Positions 22,111-30,294 of a stretch of 45,512 bases of DNA are shown here, piece by piece; positions within the stretch are counted from its first letter, which is position 1; each line of letters begins with the position of its first letter. The translations under genes were made by a program, and so were the position numbers. The notes under the pieces are model-generated. The model was not told the DNA's origin and searched no databases. It worked only from the letters and a program-made list of their open reading frames with translations. Source of the stretch: Burkholderiales bacterium (lineage in GTDB: Bacteria > Pseudomonadota > Gammaproteobacteria > Burkholderiales > Burkholderiaceae_C); NCBI GenBank assembly GCA_031427315.1, contig JANPNF010000263.1:1-45512 (forward strand), read 5' to 3'.

Positions 22111-23946
22111 ATGGCTTTCATGCGACTCGACCTGTCCCTGCCCGCGCTACGGGCGCGCTACCACAGCGGCGCGCTGACGCCGGTGCAACTCGTCACCGAA
22201 CTGCACGCGCAGATCGAGGCCGAGGAGGCGGCTTCGCCGCGCAACGTCTGGATCCACCGCGTGTCGCTTGCGGCGCTGACGCGCTACGCCCACGCAGTGC
22301 AAGGCCGCGACCCGGCCACGTTGCCGCTGTACGGCATCCCGTTCGCGATCAAGGACAACATCGACCTGGCCGGCGTGCCCACCACCGCCGGCTGCCCGGC
22401 CTACGCCTACATCCCCGATCAAAGTGCCACGGTGGTGCAGCGGCTGATCGATGCCGGCGCGATCCCCGTCGGCAAGACCAACCTCGACCAGTTCGCCACC
22501 GGGTTGGTCGGGGTGCGCTCACCGTACGGCGCCTGCGGCAATGCGATCGACCCCGCTTTCATCTCCGGTGGCTCGTCGTCGGGCTCGGCGGTGTCGGTGG
22601 CGCTCGGCATGGCCAGTTTTTCGCTCGGCACCGATACCGCGGGCTCGGGCCGCGTGCCGGCGGCATTCAACAACCTGATCGGCCTGAAGCCCAGCCTGGG
22701 CCGCATCCCGACCACCGGCGTCGTGCCGGCCTGCCGCACGCTCGATGTGGTGTCGGTGTTCGCGCTGACCGCCGCCGATGCGGCGGTCGTGCTGGCCTGC
22801 GCGCAAGGGCCGGACCAGAGGGATGCCTATGCGCGCGCCATGCCGCCCCATGGGCACAACTTCGGCGCGACCGCATCGTTTCGCTTCGGCGTGCCGCGTC
22901 CGCAAGACCTGGTCTTCTACGGCAACGCCTTCGGCGCGGCGCATTACTCGCAGGCCACCGTGCATCTGCAAGCCCTCGGCGGTGTGCCGGTCGAGATCGA
23001 CCTGACTTCGTTTCGCAGCGTCGCCACGCTGCTCTACGAAGGCCCGTGGGTGGCCGAGCGCTATGCGGCGATCCGCGCGTTCATCGAGGCGCAGCCCGAG
23101 GCACTGCACCCGGTCACGCGCGCGATCACCGAAGCCGGGGCACGCCTCTCCGCTGCAGACACCTTTGCCGCGCTGTACCGGCTGAAGGCACTCGAACACG
23201 AGACGCGCGCTGCCTGGGGCGACATCGATTGCCTGGTCGTACCGACCGCACCGACGATTCACACGATCGCGGCCGTCGAGGCCGACCCGATCGGGTTGAA
23301 TTCGCAACTCGGCTGTTACACCAACTTCGTCAACCTGCTTGATTTGTCCGCCGTCGCGGTGCCGGTCGGTTTCGCCGCCGACGGCCCGGCGCGCGGGCTG
23401 CCCCACGGCGTCACGCTGATTGGCCGCTGCGGTCACGACCTGCCCTTGCTGACGCTGGCCGCGCGGCTGCATGCGCGCACGGTCGCCACTGTCGGCGCGA
23501 TGCCGCATTCACCGCACGTGACTGCGGGCGCGCCCAGCGAAGCTGCCTTCCCTTCAGGCCAGGTGCGGGTCGCGGTGTGCGGCGCGCACCTGAATGGGCT
23601 GCCGTTGAACCGGCAGCTGACGCAGCGCGGGGCCATGCTGGTGCGCGCGGTGCGCAGCGCGCCGGTCTACCGCTTCTATGCCTTGCCCGGAGGCCCGCCG
23701 TTTCGTCCCGGCATGGTTCGCGTCGAAGAGGGCGGTGGCGCCGTTGAGCTGGAAGTGTGGGAGCTGCCGGCGCGCGAGTTCGGCTCGTTCGTCGCGGGCA
23801 TCCCGGCGCCACTGGGCATCGGCACCGTGTGGCTCGAGGACGGGTCGTCGGTGCAAGGCTTCGTCTGCGAAAGCCACGCCGTGGCGGATGCGAAGGACAT
23901 TACCGCGCTCGGTGGCTGGCGCGCTTATCTGGCGACGCTGGTGTGA
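22111..23946 (+). CDS. Allophanate hydrolase (amidase-signature enzyme with C-terminal domain)
   Basis: Amidase signature GGSSSGSAVSVALG...GTDTAGSGRVPAAFN. 611 aa. The ATG at 22120 has better spacing to the AAAGGA Shine-Dalgarno than the listed ATG at 22111. Confidence 0.88.
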   Translation: MAFMRLDLSLPALRARYHSGALTPVQLVTELHAQIEAEEAASPRNVWIHRVSLAALTRYAHAVQGRDPATLPLYGIPFAIKDNIDLAGVPTTAGCPAYAYIPDQSATVVQRLIDAGAIPVGKTNLDQFATGLVGVRSPYGACGNAIDPAFISGGSSSGSAVSVALGMASFSLGTDTAGSGRVPAAFNNLIGLKPSLGRIPTTGVVPACRTLDVVSVFALTAADAAVVLACAQGPDQRDAYARAMPPHGHNFGATASFRFGVPRPQDLVFYGNAFGAAHYSQATVHLQALGGVPVEIDLTSFRSVATLLYEGPWVAERYAAIRAFIEAQPEALHPVTRAITEAGARLSAADTFAALYRLKALEHETRAAWGDIDCLVVPTAPTIHTIAAVEADPIGLNSQLGCYTNFVNLLDLSAVAVPVGFAADGPARGLPHGVTLIGRCGHDLPLLTLAARLHARTVATVGAMPHSPHVTAGAPSEAAFPSGQVRVAVCGAHLNGLPLNRQLTQRGAMLVRAVRSAPVYRFYALPGGPPFRPGMVRVEEGGGAVELEVWELPAREFGSFVAGIPAPLGIGTVWLEDGSSVQGFVCESHAVADAKDITALGGWRAYLATLV

Positions 23947-23988
23947 CACCGGCATGGCTCAACTTGGTGCAAATTGACCGCCAGCAAC

Positions 23989-24004
23989 TGGCATGCGGAT
24001 TGCG
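23989..24004 (+). promoter_or_regulatory. Sigma-54 (RpoN) type -24/-12 promoter
   Basis: TGGCAT-GCGGA-TTGCG, intergenic, about 65 nt upstream of riboswitch copy 2. Confidence 0.55.
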
Positions 24005-24069
24005 TGGACGTGTGGGCAGGTGGAGCGAGTTCGCAGAGTCAAACCGTGCACTCCTCACACTCAGGGTCA

Positions 24070-24182
24070 CTAGGGTTCCGATTGGCAGTAATGCCGGTGC
24101 TGGTCCGAGAGTGCCCCGGCTTCGAAGGCTGCCGTGACAACGGCCGCGTCGAGGCTCCACGGAGGGATAAAAGCCCGGGAGA
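24070..24182 (+). promoter_or_regulatory. Guanidine-I riboswitch (ykkC-yxkD motif), copy 2
   Basis: CTAGGGTTCCG ... CTGGTCCGAGAG ... CCACGGAGGGATAAAAGCCCGGGAGA. Downstream, TCTCC (24203-24207) can pair with the aptamer-closing GGAGA (24178-24182), and a T-rich run lies at 24216-24223. Confidence 0.9.
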
Positions 24183-24239
24183 TTGACGCATCGAACACGT
24201 CTTCTCCTGCGCCCGTTTCTTTTACCTGGAGCTCTCGAC

Positions 24240-25292
24240 ATGGAATTCTTCTGTTCCCTTCGCTCTTCCCCTTCGTTCCCTGCGACGCTGCTGCGTCGAT
24301 TCAGTCACACCCTGGCCAAGCCGCTGGCTGGTGTGGCACTGGCTGCATTCGCGGTGGCCGGTCACGCGGCCGACGTCACGTCGATGAAGATCGGCACGGT
24401 CGTGTGGATCGGCTACGGGCCGTTCTATGTGGCCGAGAAGCTCGACCTGTTCAAGAAATACAAACTGAAGGTCAGCCTGCAGGTCTTCACCGACCCGGCG
24501 TTGATCCCCTCAGCCATTGCCAGCGGTGCGGTCGACGGCGGCATGCTGACCTATGACCAGGTCATCGGGCAAGTCGCCGCTGGTCGGTCGCAGAAGGTGG
24601 TGATGCCGATTGACTACTCGAATGGCGGCGACGCGATCGTGGCCGACAAAAGCATCGTCAAAGTGGCTGACTTCAAGGGCAAGAAGGTCGGTTTCAACCC
24701 GCTGTCGCCGTCCGACTTCCTGCTGTCGTACGCGCTCAAAGTCAACGGCCTGACCGACAAGGACATCACGCCGATCAACATGACTCCCGAATCCGTACCT
24801 GCGGCGATGGCGTCGGGCAAGCTGCAGATCGGCGTCACCTACGAGCCCAGCCTGTCGCAGATCATCAGCCAGGGCGGCGGCAAAAAGTTCAAGGTGGTGT
24901 TCTCGTCGAAGGACGCCCCGGGGCTGATCGCCGACGTGCTGGTGTTCGATGAGAAGGTCATCAAGGCCAAGCCGACCGAGATCTCCGGTGTCATCCAGGC
25001 CTACCTCGACGGCATGGCCTACATCAAGGCCAAGCCGGACGAGGCGGCCAAGATCATCGGCAAGGCAATGGGTGTGTCGGCGAAAGAAGTCAAAGAGCAG
25101 TGGTCGGGCGTCTACAACATCCCGCTGGCCGAGATGCCGAAGGCTTTCACCAAGGCGACCGAGACCACCTCGTACTACGCCAGCAGCGAAATCATTTCCG
25201 AGTTGCTGAAGGCCAAGGGCCAGATCACCACGGCGCCTGCCACCGAGGCGACGATGGATGCGCAATTCGTCACCGCGTTGGTGAAGAAGTGA
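24240..25292 (+). CDS. ABC transporter substrate-binding protein (NMT1/THI5-like, NitT/TauT family)
   Basis: GGAG lies 8 nt before the ATG at 24240. The signal peptide has a twin-arginine-like LLRRFSH motif and an AGHA-AD cleavage context. The mature part is homologous to the binding protein at 36671..37660. The listed TTG at 24183 would lie inside the riboswitch. Confidence 0.85.
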   Translation: MEFFCSLRSSPSFPATLLRRFSHTLAKPLAGVALAAFAVAGHAADVTSMKIGTVVWIGYGPFYVAEKLDLFKKYKLKVSLQVFTDPALIPSAIASGAVDGGMLTYDQVIGQVAAGRSQKVVMPIDYSNGGDAIVADKSIVKVADFKGKKVGFNPLSPSDFLLSYALKVNGLTDKDITPINMTPESVPAAMASGKLQIGVTYEPSLSQIISQGGGKKFKVVFSSKDAPGLIADVLVFDEKVIKAKPTEISGVIQAYLDGMAYIKAKPDEAAKIIGKAMGVSAKEVKEQWSGVYNIPLAEMPKAFTKATETTSYYASSEIISELLKAKGQITTAPATEATMDAQFVTALVKK

Positions 25293-26296
25293 GCTTCCGC
25301 GCCCCGGACGGCGCCGCGCCCAACATGGCGGCGCTGGCCTTCACCCTCATCGGCTACCCGGTCGGCATCGCCTTGTTGACCGTGCCGTCCTGGGCGCTCA
25401 ACGCGATCGGATTCGTGCTGCTGACGCTGACCCTCGTCTGGTCGGCCTACTACATCCATGAGTTCGCGCACCAGGCCATTTTCCGCAACCCAGCGCTCAA
25501 CGAACGCTGGGGCACGCTGATGAGCTGGCTCAACGGCAGCTGCTACGCACGCTTCGCCGACCTGCGGCGCAAGCACATGCGCCACCACGTCGAGCGCGCC
25601 GACGTGATCACCTTCGATGCACGCGGCTTCCTGCTGGCCGCCCCGGCCTGGCTGCGCCGCAGCGTGCTGGCGCTGGAGTGGGCCTACTTCCCGGCGGTCG
25701 AATTCCTGATGCGCGGCTTCGTGGTCGCGCTGCCGTTCAAGCCCGGCGGCTCGAATGCGACACGGGCCCGCATCGTCAGCATTGCCTTGCTGAGATTCGG
25801 CGCCTTCGCCGCGCTCGGCTGGTATTCGCCGAAGGCGCTGGTGCTGTACTTCACCGCCTACCTGGCATTCGTCACGGTGCTGCGTTTCGCCGACTGTTTC
25901 CAGCACACCTACGACGCGTACCCGATCCTGGATGACGCGCCGATCCCGAACGACAAGGTGCGTGACCGCGCCTACGAACAGGCCAACACCTTCAGCAACG
26001 TCGTCGGGCTCGACAGCTTCTGGCTGAACTTGCTGTGGCTGAACTTCGGCTACCACAACGCCCACCACGAGCGCCCCACCGTGCCCTGGCACCGCTTGCC
26101 GGCCTATCACCGTGAGCTCTACGGTGAGGGCTACCGCCAGGTGGTGCCGATGAGTCAGCTGCTGAAGGCGTTTCACCGGCACCGCCTCACCCGTGTGCTG
26201 TCGGGCGATTACGGCGAGGTTCGCGACCCCGAAGTGTCTGGGCGTGCCGATGGCTTCGTCGGCGCGGTCGGCGTGTCGTTCCTGACGGCGGTCTGA
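25289..26296 (+). CDS. Membrane fatty-acid-desaturase-family di-iron enzyme (desaturase/hydroxylase-like)
   Basis: Three histidine boxes, HEFAH, HMRHH and HNAHH, with hydrophobic N-terminal and central segments. The start is either the GTG at 25289, overlapping the upstream stop (GTGA), or the ATG at 25325. Confidence 0.8.
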   Translation: MSFRAPDGAAPNMAALAFTLIGYPVGIALLTVPSWALNAIGFVLLTLTLVWSAYYIHEFAHQAIFRNPALNERWGTLMSWLNGSCYARFADLRRKHMRHHVERADVITFDARGFLLAAPAWLRRSVLALEWAYFPAVEFLMRGFVVALPFKPGGSNATRARIVSIALLRFGAFAALGWYSPKALVLYFTAYLAFVTVLRFADCFQHTYDAYPILDDAPIPNDKVRDRAYEQANTFSNVVGLDSFWLNLLWLNFGYHNAHHERPTVPWHRLPAYHRELYGEGYRQVVPMSQLLKAFHRHRLTRVLSGDYGEVRDPEVSGRADGFVGAVGVSFLTAV

Positions 26297-26297
26297 T

Positions 26298-27122
26298 GTG
26301 ACCGTCAACGTCGCTTCGCGGGGTGGCCCGCGGACTGAGCCGTGCCACGGCCTGCAAGGCCTCACCGTGGTGTTGACCGGTGCGGCCGGCGGCATCGGTC
26401 GCGCGCTGGCGACGGCGTTCGCCGAACAGGGCGTGCGCTTGATCGTGACCGATCGCGATACGCAAGCCCTGCACCGCCTGGCCGACGGGCTGGCGGCCAG
26501 CGCACAGGTGACAGCGATCGCCGCCGACCTCGGGCTGGACCACGACCTGAACGCCTTCGCAGCCGATGTGCAAGCCAGCCACGGTCGGGTCGACGTGCTG
26601 GTCAACAACGCCGGTACCGAGTACCCGACACCGCTGGCCGATGTGGCGCCGGACGCCGCAGCGCGCTGGTCGGCACTGCTCGACAACAACGTCGGCAGCA
26701 TGGCTCGGCTCACCCGTGCGCTGTTGCCGCTGATGACCGAGGGCGCCAGCGTCATCAACCAATCGTCGATCTGGGGGCTGACCGGTGTGGCGGACTTCTC
26801 GGCCTATGTGGCGAGCAAACATGCGGTGATCGGCCTCACGCGTTCACTGGCCTGGGAGCTGGCGCCGCGCGGCATCCGTGTCAATGCGGTGTGTCTGGGC
26901 TGGATCCGCACCGAGGCAGCGCTGCGCTCGCTGGCCAGCATGGCCGCCGTGCAAGGGCGCAGCGAAGCCGAGGTGGAACGCGAGATCCTGTCGCGGCAGG
27001 CCAACCCGACGATGCTGGACGCGTCCGACATCGCCGGCGTGTTTCTGTTCCTGGCGAGTCGCGACGCGCTCTCGCTGACCGGCCAGGCGATCAGTGCCAG
27101 CCATGGCGAGGTCATGAATTGA
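26298..27122 (+). CDS. Short-chain dehydrogenase/reductase
   Basis: TGAAGGIGRA, NNAG and YVASKHA (YxxxK). The GTG lies 1 nt after the upstream stop. Confidence 0.85.
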   Translation: MTVNVASRGGPRTEPCHGLQGLTVVLTGAAGGIGRALATAFAEQGVRLIVTDRDTQALHRLADGLAASAQVTAIAADLGLDHDLNAFAADVQASHGRVDVLVNNAGTEYPTPLADVAPDAAARWSALLDNNVGSMARLTRALLPLMTEGASVINQSSIWGLTGVADFSAYVASKHAVIGLTRSLAWELAPRGIRVNAVCLGWIRTEAALRSLASMAAVQGRSEAEVEREILSRQANPTMLDASDIAGVFLFLASRDALSLTGQAISASHGEVMN

Positions 27123-27904
27123 TGGCGACCGAAACAGCGCTCACCGACACCCTTCGGCTGACCCTCGTCGGCCGCGTCGTGCTGGTGACGGGTGCCGCAA
27201 CCGGCATCGGCCGGGCCATCGCCCTGGCCTGCGGCCGCGCCGGGGCGGCGGTCGCGGTCAACCACCTGGGCCGCGCGGCAGAGGCCGAGTCCGTCGTGAG
27301 GCAACTCGCGGCGGCGGGGGCATCAGCACTGGCCTTCGAGGCCGATGTGACCCAGGCCGCCGCGGTGACCGCCATGGTCAGCGCGGTGGAGCGCGCCTTC
27401 GGGCCGATCGATGCGCTGGTCAACAACGCCGGCATCCTGCAGGAAAAGCCCTTCCTCGACACCACGGAAGCCGATTGGGATCGCATGCTCGACACGGACC
27501 TGAAGTCGGTCTTCCTGATGTGCAAGGCGGTGCTGCCCGGTATGGTCGCCCGCAGTACTGGGGTGATCGTCAACATCGCCTCCGACCTCGGCGTGCTGGG
27601 CCGTGCGCAGTTCGCGCCCTACTGCGCCGCCAAGGCCGGCGTGATCGGCCTGACGCGTTCGCTGGCGCGCGAGTTCGCACCGCACATCCGCGTCAATGCG
27701 ATCGCGCCGGGGGCGGTTGCCACTGCGATGCTGTCGACCGAACACATGAGCCCGGAATGGATCGCCAAGGAACTCGACATCCCGCAGCACCGCTTCGGCG
27801 AACCCGACGAAATCGCCGCCACCGCGTTGTTTTTGCTGTCCGACCTGTCGCGCTTCTATTGCGGGCAGGTGCTGAGCCCGAACGGCGGCTCGCTGATGGC
27901 ATGA
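27122..27904 (+). CDS. Short-chain dehydrogenase/reductase (FabG-like)
   Basis: TGAATGIGRA, NNAG and YCAAKAG. The start overlaps the upstream stop (TGATG). Confidence 0.88.
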   Translation: MATETALTDTLRLTLVGRVVLVTGAATGIGRAIALACGRAGAAVAVNHLGRAAEAESVVRQLAAAGASALAFEADVTQAAAVTAMVSAVERAFGPIDALVNNAGILQEKPFLDTTEADWDRMLDTDLKSVFLMCKAVLPGMVARSTGVIVNIASDLGVLGRAQFAPYCAAKAGVIGLTRSLAREFAPHIRVNAIAPGAVATAMLSTEHMSPEWIAKELDIPQHRFGEPDEIAATALFLLSDLSRFYCGQVLSPNGGSLMA

Positions 27905-27920
27905 GTCCACGGCGTCAACG

Positions 27921-28850
27921 ATGTTTCCCGCCACCTCGCCCGTGATCGTGGCCGCGAACCCGACGCCGCGCGATACCCGCGGGCCCACGCTGGTGCTGCT
28001 CACCTCGACCGTGTTGTGGGGCCTGCTGTGGTGGCCGCTGAAGGGCTTCTCCGCCGCCGGCTTGTCGGGGCCGGTGTTGTCCTTGCTGACCTATGGCGCG
28101 GTCGGTGTCTGCAGCATCGGTTTTTTGTGGCGCCAACGCCGGGCCTGGCGACCGCAGACCGGTTTGCTGCTGTTGCTGATGGCGGTCGGCGGCTGGGCCA
28201 ATTCCGCTTTCGTGCAGGCGCTGGTGCTCGGCGACGTGGTGCGGGTGATGCTGCTGTTCTACTTGGCGCCGGTGTGGTCGGTGCTGGGTGGGCGATTGTT
28301 CCTGGGCGAGGCGATCAGCCGCCGTCGCGGGTTCGCGGTGGCGCTGGCGCTGGTCGGCCTGTGGTTCGTGATCGGTGGCAGCGCGGCCTGGGCGCGGCCC
28401 TTGGGCACCGCCGACTGGCTGGCGTTGACGGCGGGTCTCGCCTTCGCCGGCAACAACCTGATCTCGCGCGCCGCACAGGCGATCCCAATGCTGTCGAAGA
28501 CGGTGGCGGTGTTCTTCGGTTGCGGCGTGGTGTCGGCGGCCAGCGCGCTGCTGACCGGCGCGGTCGTGCCAGTGATCAGCGTGCCGCTCGCGCTGGGCCT
28601 GGCGGGCTACGCCTTCGTCTGGCTGGTGCTGGCGACCGTCACCTGGCAGTACGGCGTGACGCACCTCGAAAGCGGCCGTGCGGGCGTGATCCTGACCATC
28701 GAATTGCTGGTGTCGGTGGTGTCGGCCGTGCTGCTGGGCGGGGAATCGCTGCGGCCGAGTGAATGGGCTGGTGGCGTGCTGATAGCCGTTGCGGCATTGA
28801 TCGAGGCCACCGATTCGAACGAGTCTGTACATAAGGAGATCTCTGTATGA
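27921..28850 (+). CDS. EamA/DMT-family membrane transporter
   Basis: 309 aa, about 10 hydrophobic helices, and the two-fold internal EamA architecture. Confidence 0.8.
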   Translation: MFPATSPVIVAANPTPRDTRGPTLVLLTSTVLWGLLWWPLKGFSAAGLSGPVLSLLTYGAVGVCSIGFLWRQRRAWRPQTGLLLLLMAVGGWANSAFVQALVLGDVVRVMLLFYLAPVWSVLGGRLFLGEAISRRRGFAVALALVGLWFVIGGSAAWARPLGTADWLALTAGLAFAGNNLISRAAQAIPMLSKTVAVFFGCGVVSAASALLTGAVVPVISVPLALGLAGYAFVWLVLATVTWQYGVTHLESGRAGVILTIELLVSVVSAVLLGGESLRPSEWAGGVLIAVAALIEATDSNESVHKEISV

Positions 28851-29611
28851 GCACTGTCTGGATGAACCAGCTGTCGTGGGTCGACTACGAGGCGCGGCTG
28901 AAGCAGGACCAGCCTGCGATCCTGCTGCCGGTCGGTGCGCTCGAACAACACGGTCCCCACCTGCCGCTGGGCACCGACGGCCTGCTGTCCGCTGCGGTCG
29001 CCGCCGATACCGCCGCGCGCATCGGCGCGCTGGTCGCGCCGACGCTGTCGTATGGCTACAAATCGCAGCCGAAGTGCGGCGGAGGTCAGCATTTCTGCGG
29101 CACCACCAGTGTCGACGCGGCGACTTTGATCGGCTCGGTGCGTGATGCGGTGCGCGAGTTCGCACGGCACGGTGCCACCAAACTGGTGTTCGTCAACGGC
29201 CACTACGAGAACCAGTGGTTCCTGACCGAAGGCATCGACCTCGGCCTGCGCGACCTCGGCGCGCGCTCGACGCTGCAGGTGATGCGCCTCGAATACTGGG
29301 ACTTCCTGTCGGAGGCCACGCTGGCCAGCGTGTTCCCCGACGGCTTCCCCGGCTTCGCACTGGAGCATGCGGCGGTGATCGAGACCTCGATGATGCTGCA
29401 CTACCACCCGAGCCTGGTGCGGCTGGATTTGATCCCCGACGAGTCGCCGGCCGACTTCCCGCCCTACGACGTCTACCCGACGCGCAAGCACTGGGTGCCG
29501 CTGTCGGGCGTGCTGTCGTCGGCGCGCGGTTCCAGCGCCGAGAAGGGTGCAGCGATGGCGGCCGAGCTGTCGATGCGCATCGCCGCAGCGATCACGCACG
29601 AATTCGGCTGA
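28847..29611 (+). CDS. Creatinine amidohydrolase (creatininase)
   Basis: LSWVDYEARL, LPVGALEQHGPHLPLGTD, YGYKSQPKCGGGQHFCGTTS, VNGHYEN and FPPYDVYP follow the Pseudomonas putida creatininase sequence, as I remember it, block by block. AAGGAG Shine-Dalgarno, and the ATG overlaps the upstream stop (ATGA). Confidence 0.85.
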   Translation: MSTVWMNQLSWVDYEARLKQDQPAILLPVGALEQHGPHLPLGTDGLLSAAVAADTAARIGALVAPTLSYGYKSQPKCGGGQHFCGTTSVDAATLIGSVRDAVREFARHGATKLVFVNGHYENQWFLTEGIDLGLRDLGARSTLQVMRLEYWDFLSEATLASVFPDGFPGFALEHAAVIETSMMLHYHPSLVRLDLIPDESPADFPPYDVYPTRKHWVPLSGVLSSARGSSAEKGAAMAAELSMRIAAAITHEFG

Positions 29612-29625
29612 CGAGTTCGACCGAG

Positions 29626-30294
29626 ATGAGCAAGCCGATGTTCGACGTGTCCCGCACTGCGCTGCTGGTGATCGACCTGCAGCGCGATTTCCTCGATTCG
29701 CGCGGCTACGCGGCACAGGCGGGTGTCGATGTGTCGCGGCTGCGCGCCACGCTGGCCCCGGTGTGCGCACTGATCGACGCGGGGCGAGAGGCCGGTCTGC
29801 GCATCGCCTACACCCGCGAAGGGCACCGGCCCGACCTGTTGGATTGCCCGCCGGCCAAGCTGGCGCGCAGCCGCCACGCGGGCGCCGAAATCGGCTCGAC
29901 CGGGCCGCTCGGCCGCTTGCTGGTGCGTGGCGAACCGGGCCATGGGCTGGTCGACGAGCTGCAGCCGCGCGCCGATGAGCCGGTGATCGACAAACCCGGC
30001 TACAGCGCCTTCCACCAGACCGATCTCGACCAGATTTTGCGCGGCTGGGGCACCGACACCCTGATCGTCTGCGGCGTCACCACCGAGGTCTGTGTGCACA
30101 CCACGCTGCGAGCGGCTACCGACCACGGTCTGCGCTGCATCACCGTCAGCGATGCCTGTGCCGCCTCTGATCCGGCGCTGCAGCAACCCGCGCTGGCGAT
30201 GATTGCGGTCGAAGGCGGCATCTTTGGTGTGGTGATCGACAGCGCCACACTGATTGCGCAACTGCAGCGCCCCCACGACAAGGAGATCCGATGA
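29626..30294 (+). CDS. Isochorismatase-family cysteine hydrolase (biuret/guanylurea/N-carbamoylsarcosine amidase-like)
   Basis: Asp-Lys-Cys triad context: LLVIDLQRDF, VIDKPGYSAF, LIVCGVTTEVCVHTT. Confidence 0.8.
   Translation: MSKPMFDVSRTALLVIDLQRDFLDSRGYAAQAGVDVSRLRATLAPVCALIDAGREAGLRIAYTREGHRPDLLDCPPAKLARSRHAGAEIGSTGPLGRLLVRGEPGHGLVDELQPRADEPVIDKPGYSAFHQTDLDQILRGWGTDTLIVCGVTTEVCVHTTLRAATDHGLRCITVSDACAASDPALQQPALAMIAVEGGIFGVVIDSATLIAQLQRPHDKEIR

Noticed and set aside
23964-23970. TGGTGCA, an NtrC-like half-site upstream of the second sigma-54-type promoter
   Set aside because: No matching TGCACC half lies at the canonical spacing, so I cannot call it an enhancer site from the sequence alone.
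24176-24223. Intrinsic terminator as the expression platform of riboswitch copy 2
   Set aside because: GGAGA (24178-24182) can pair with TCTCC (24203-24207) and a T-run is present. By hand I could only build a short stem that ends several nucleotides before the T-run, and the equivalent region after copy 1 is even less clear. This needs computational folding before any call.
24183-24239. TTG start listed for the binding protein at 24183
   Set aside because: It would begin immediately after the last aptamer base. The ATG at 24240 has a well-spaced GGAG, and the signal peptide starts there.
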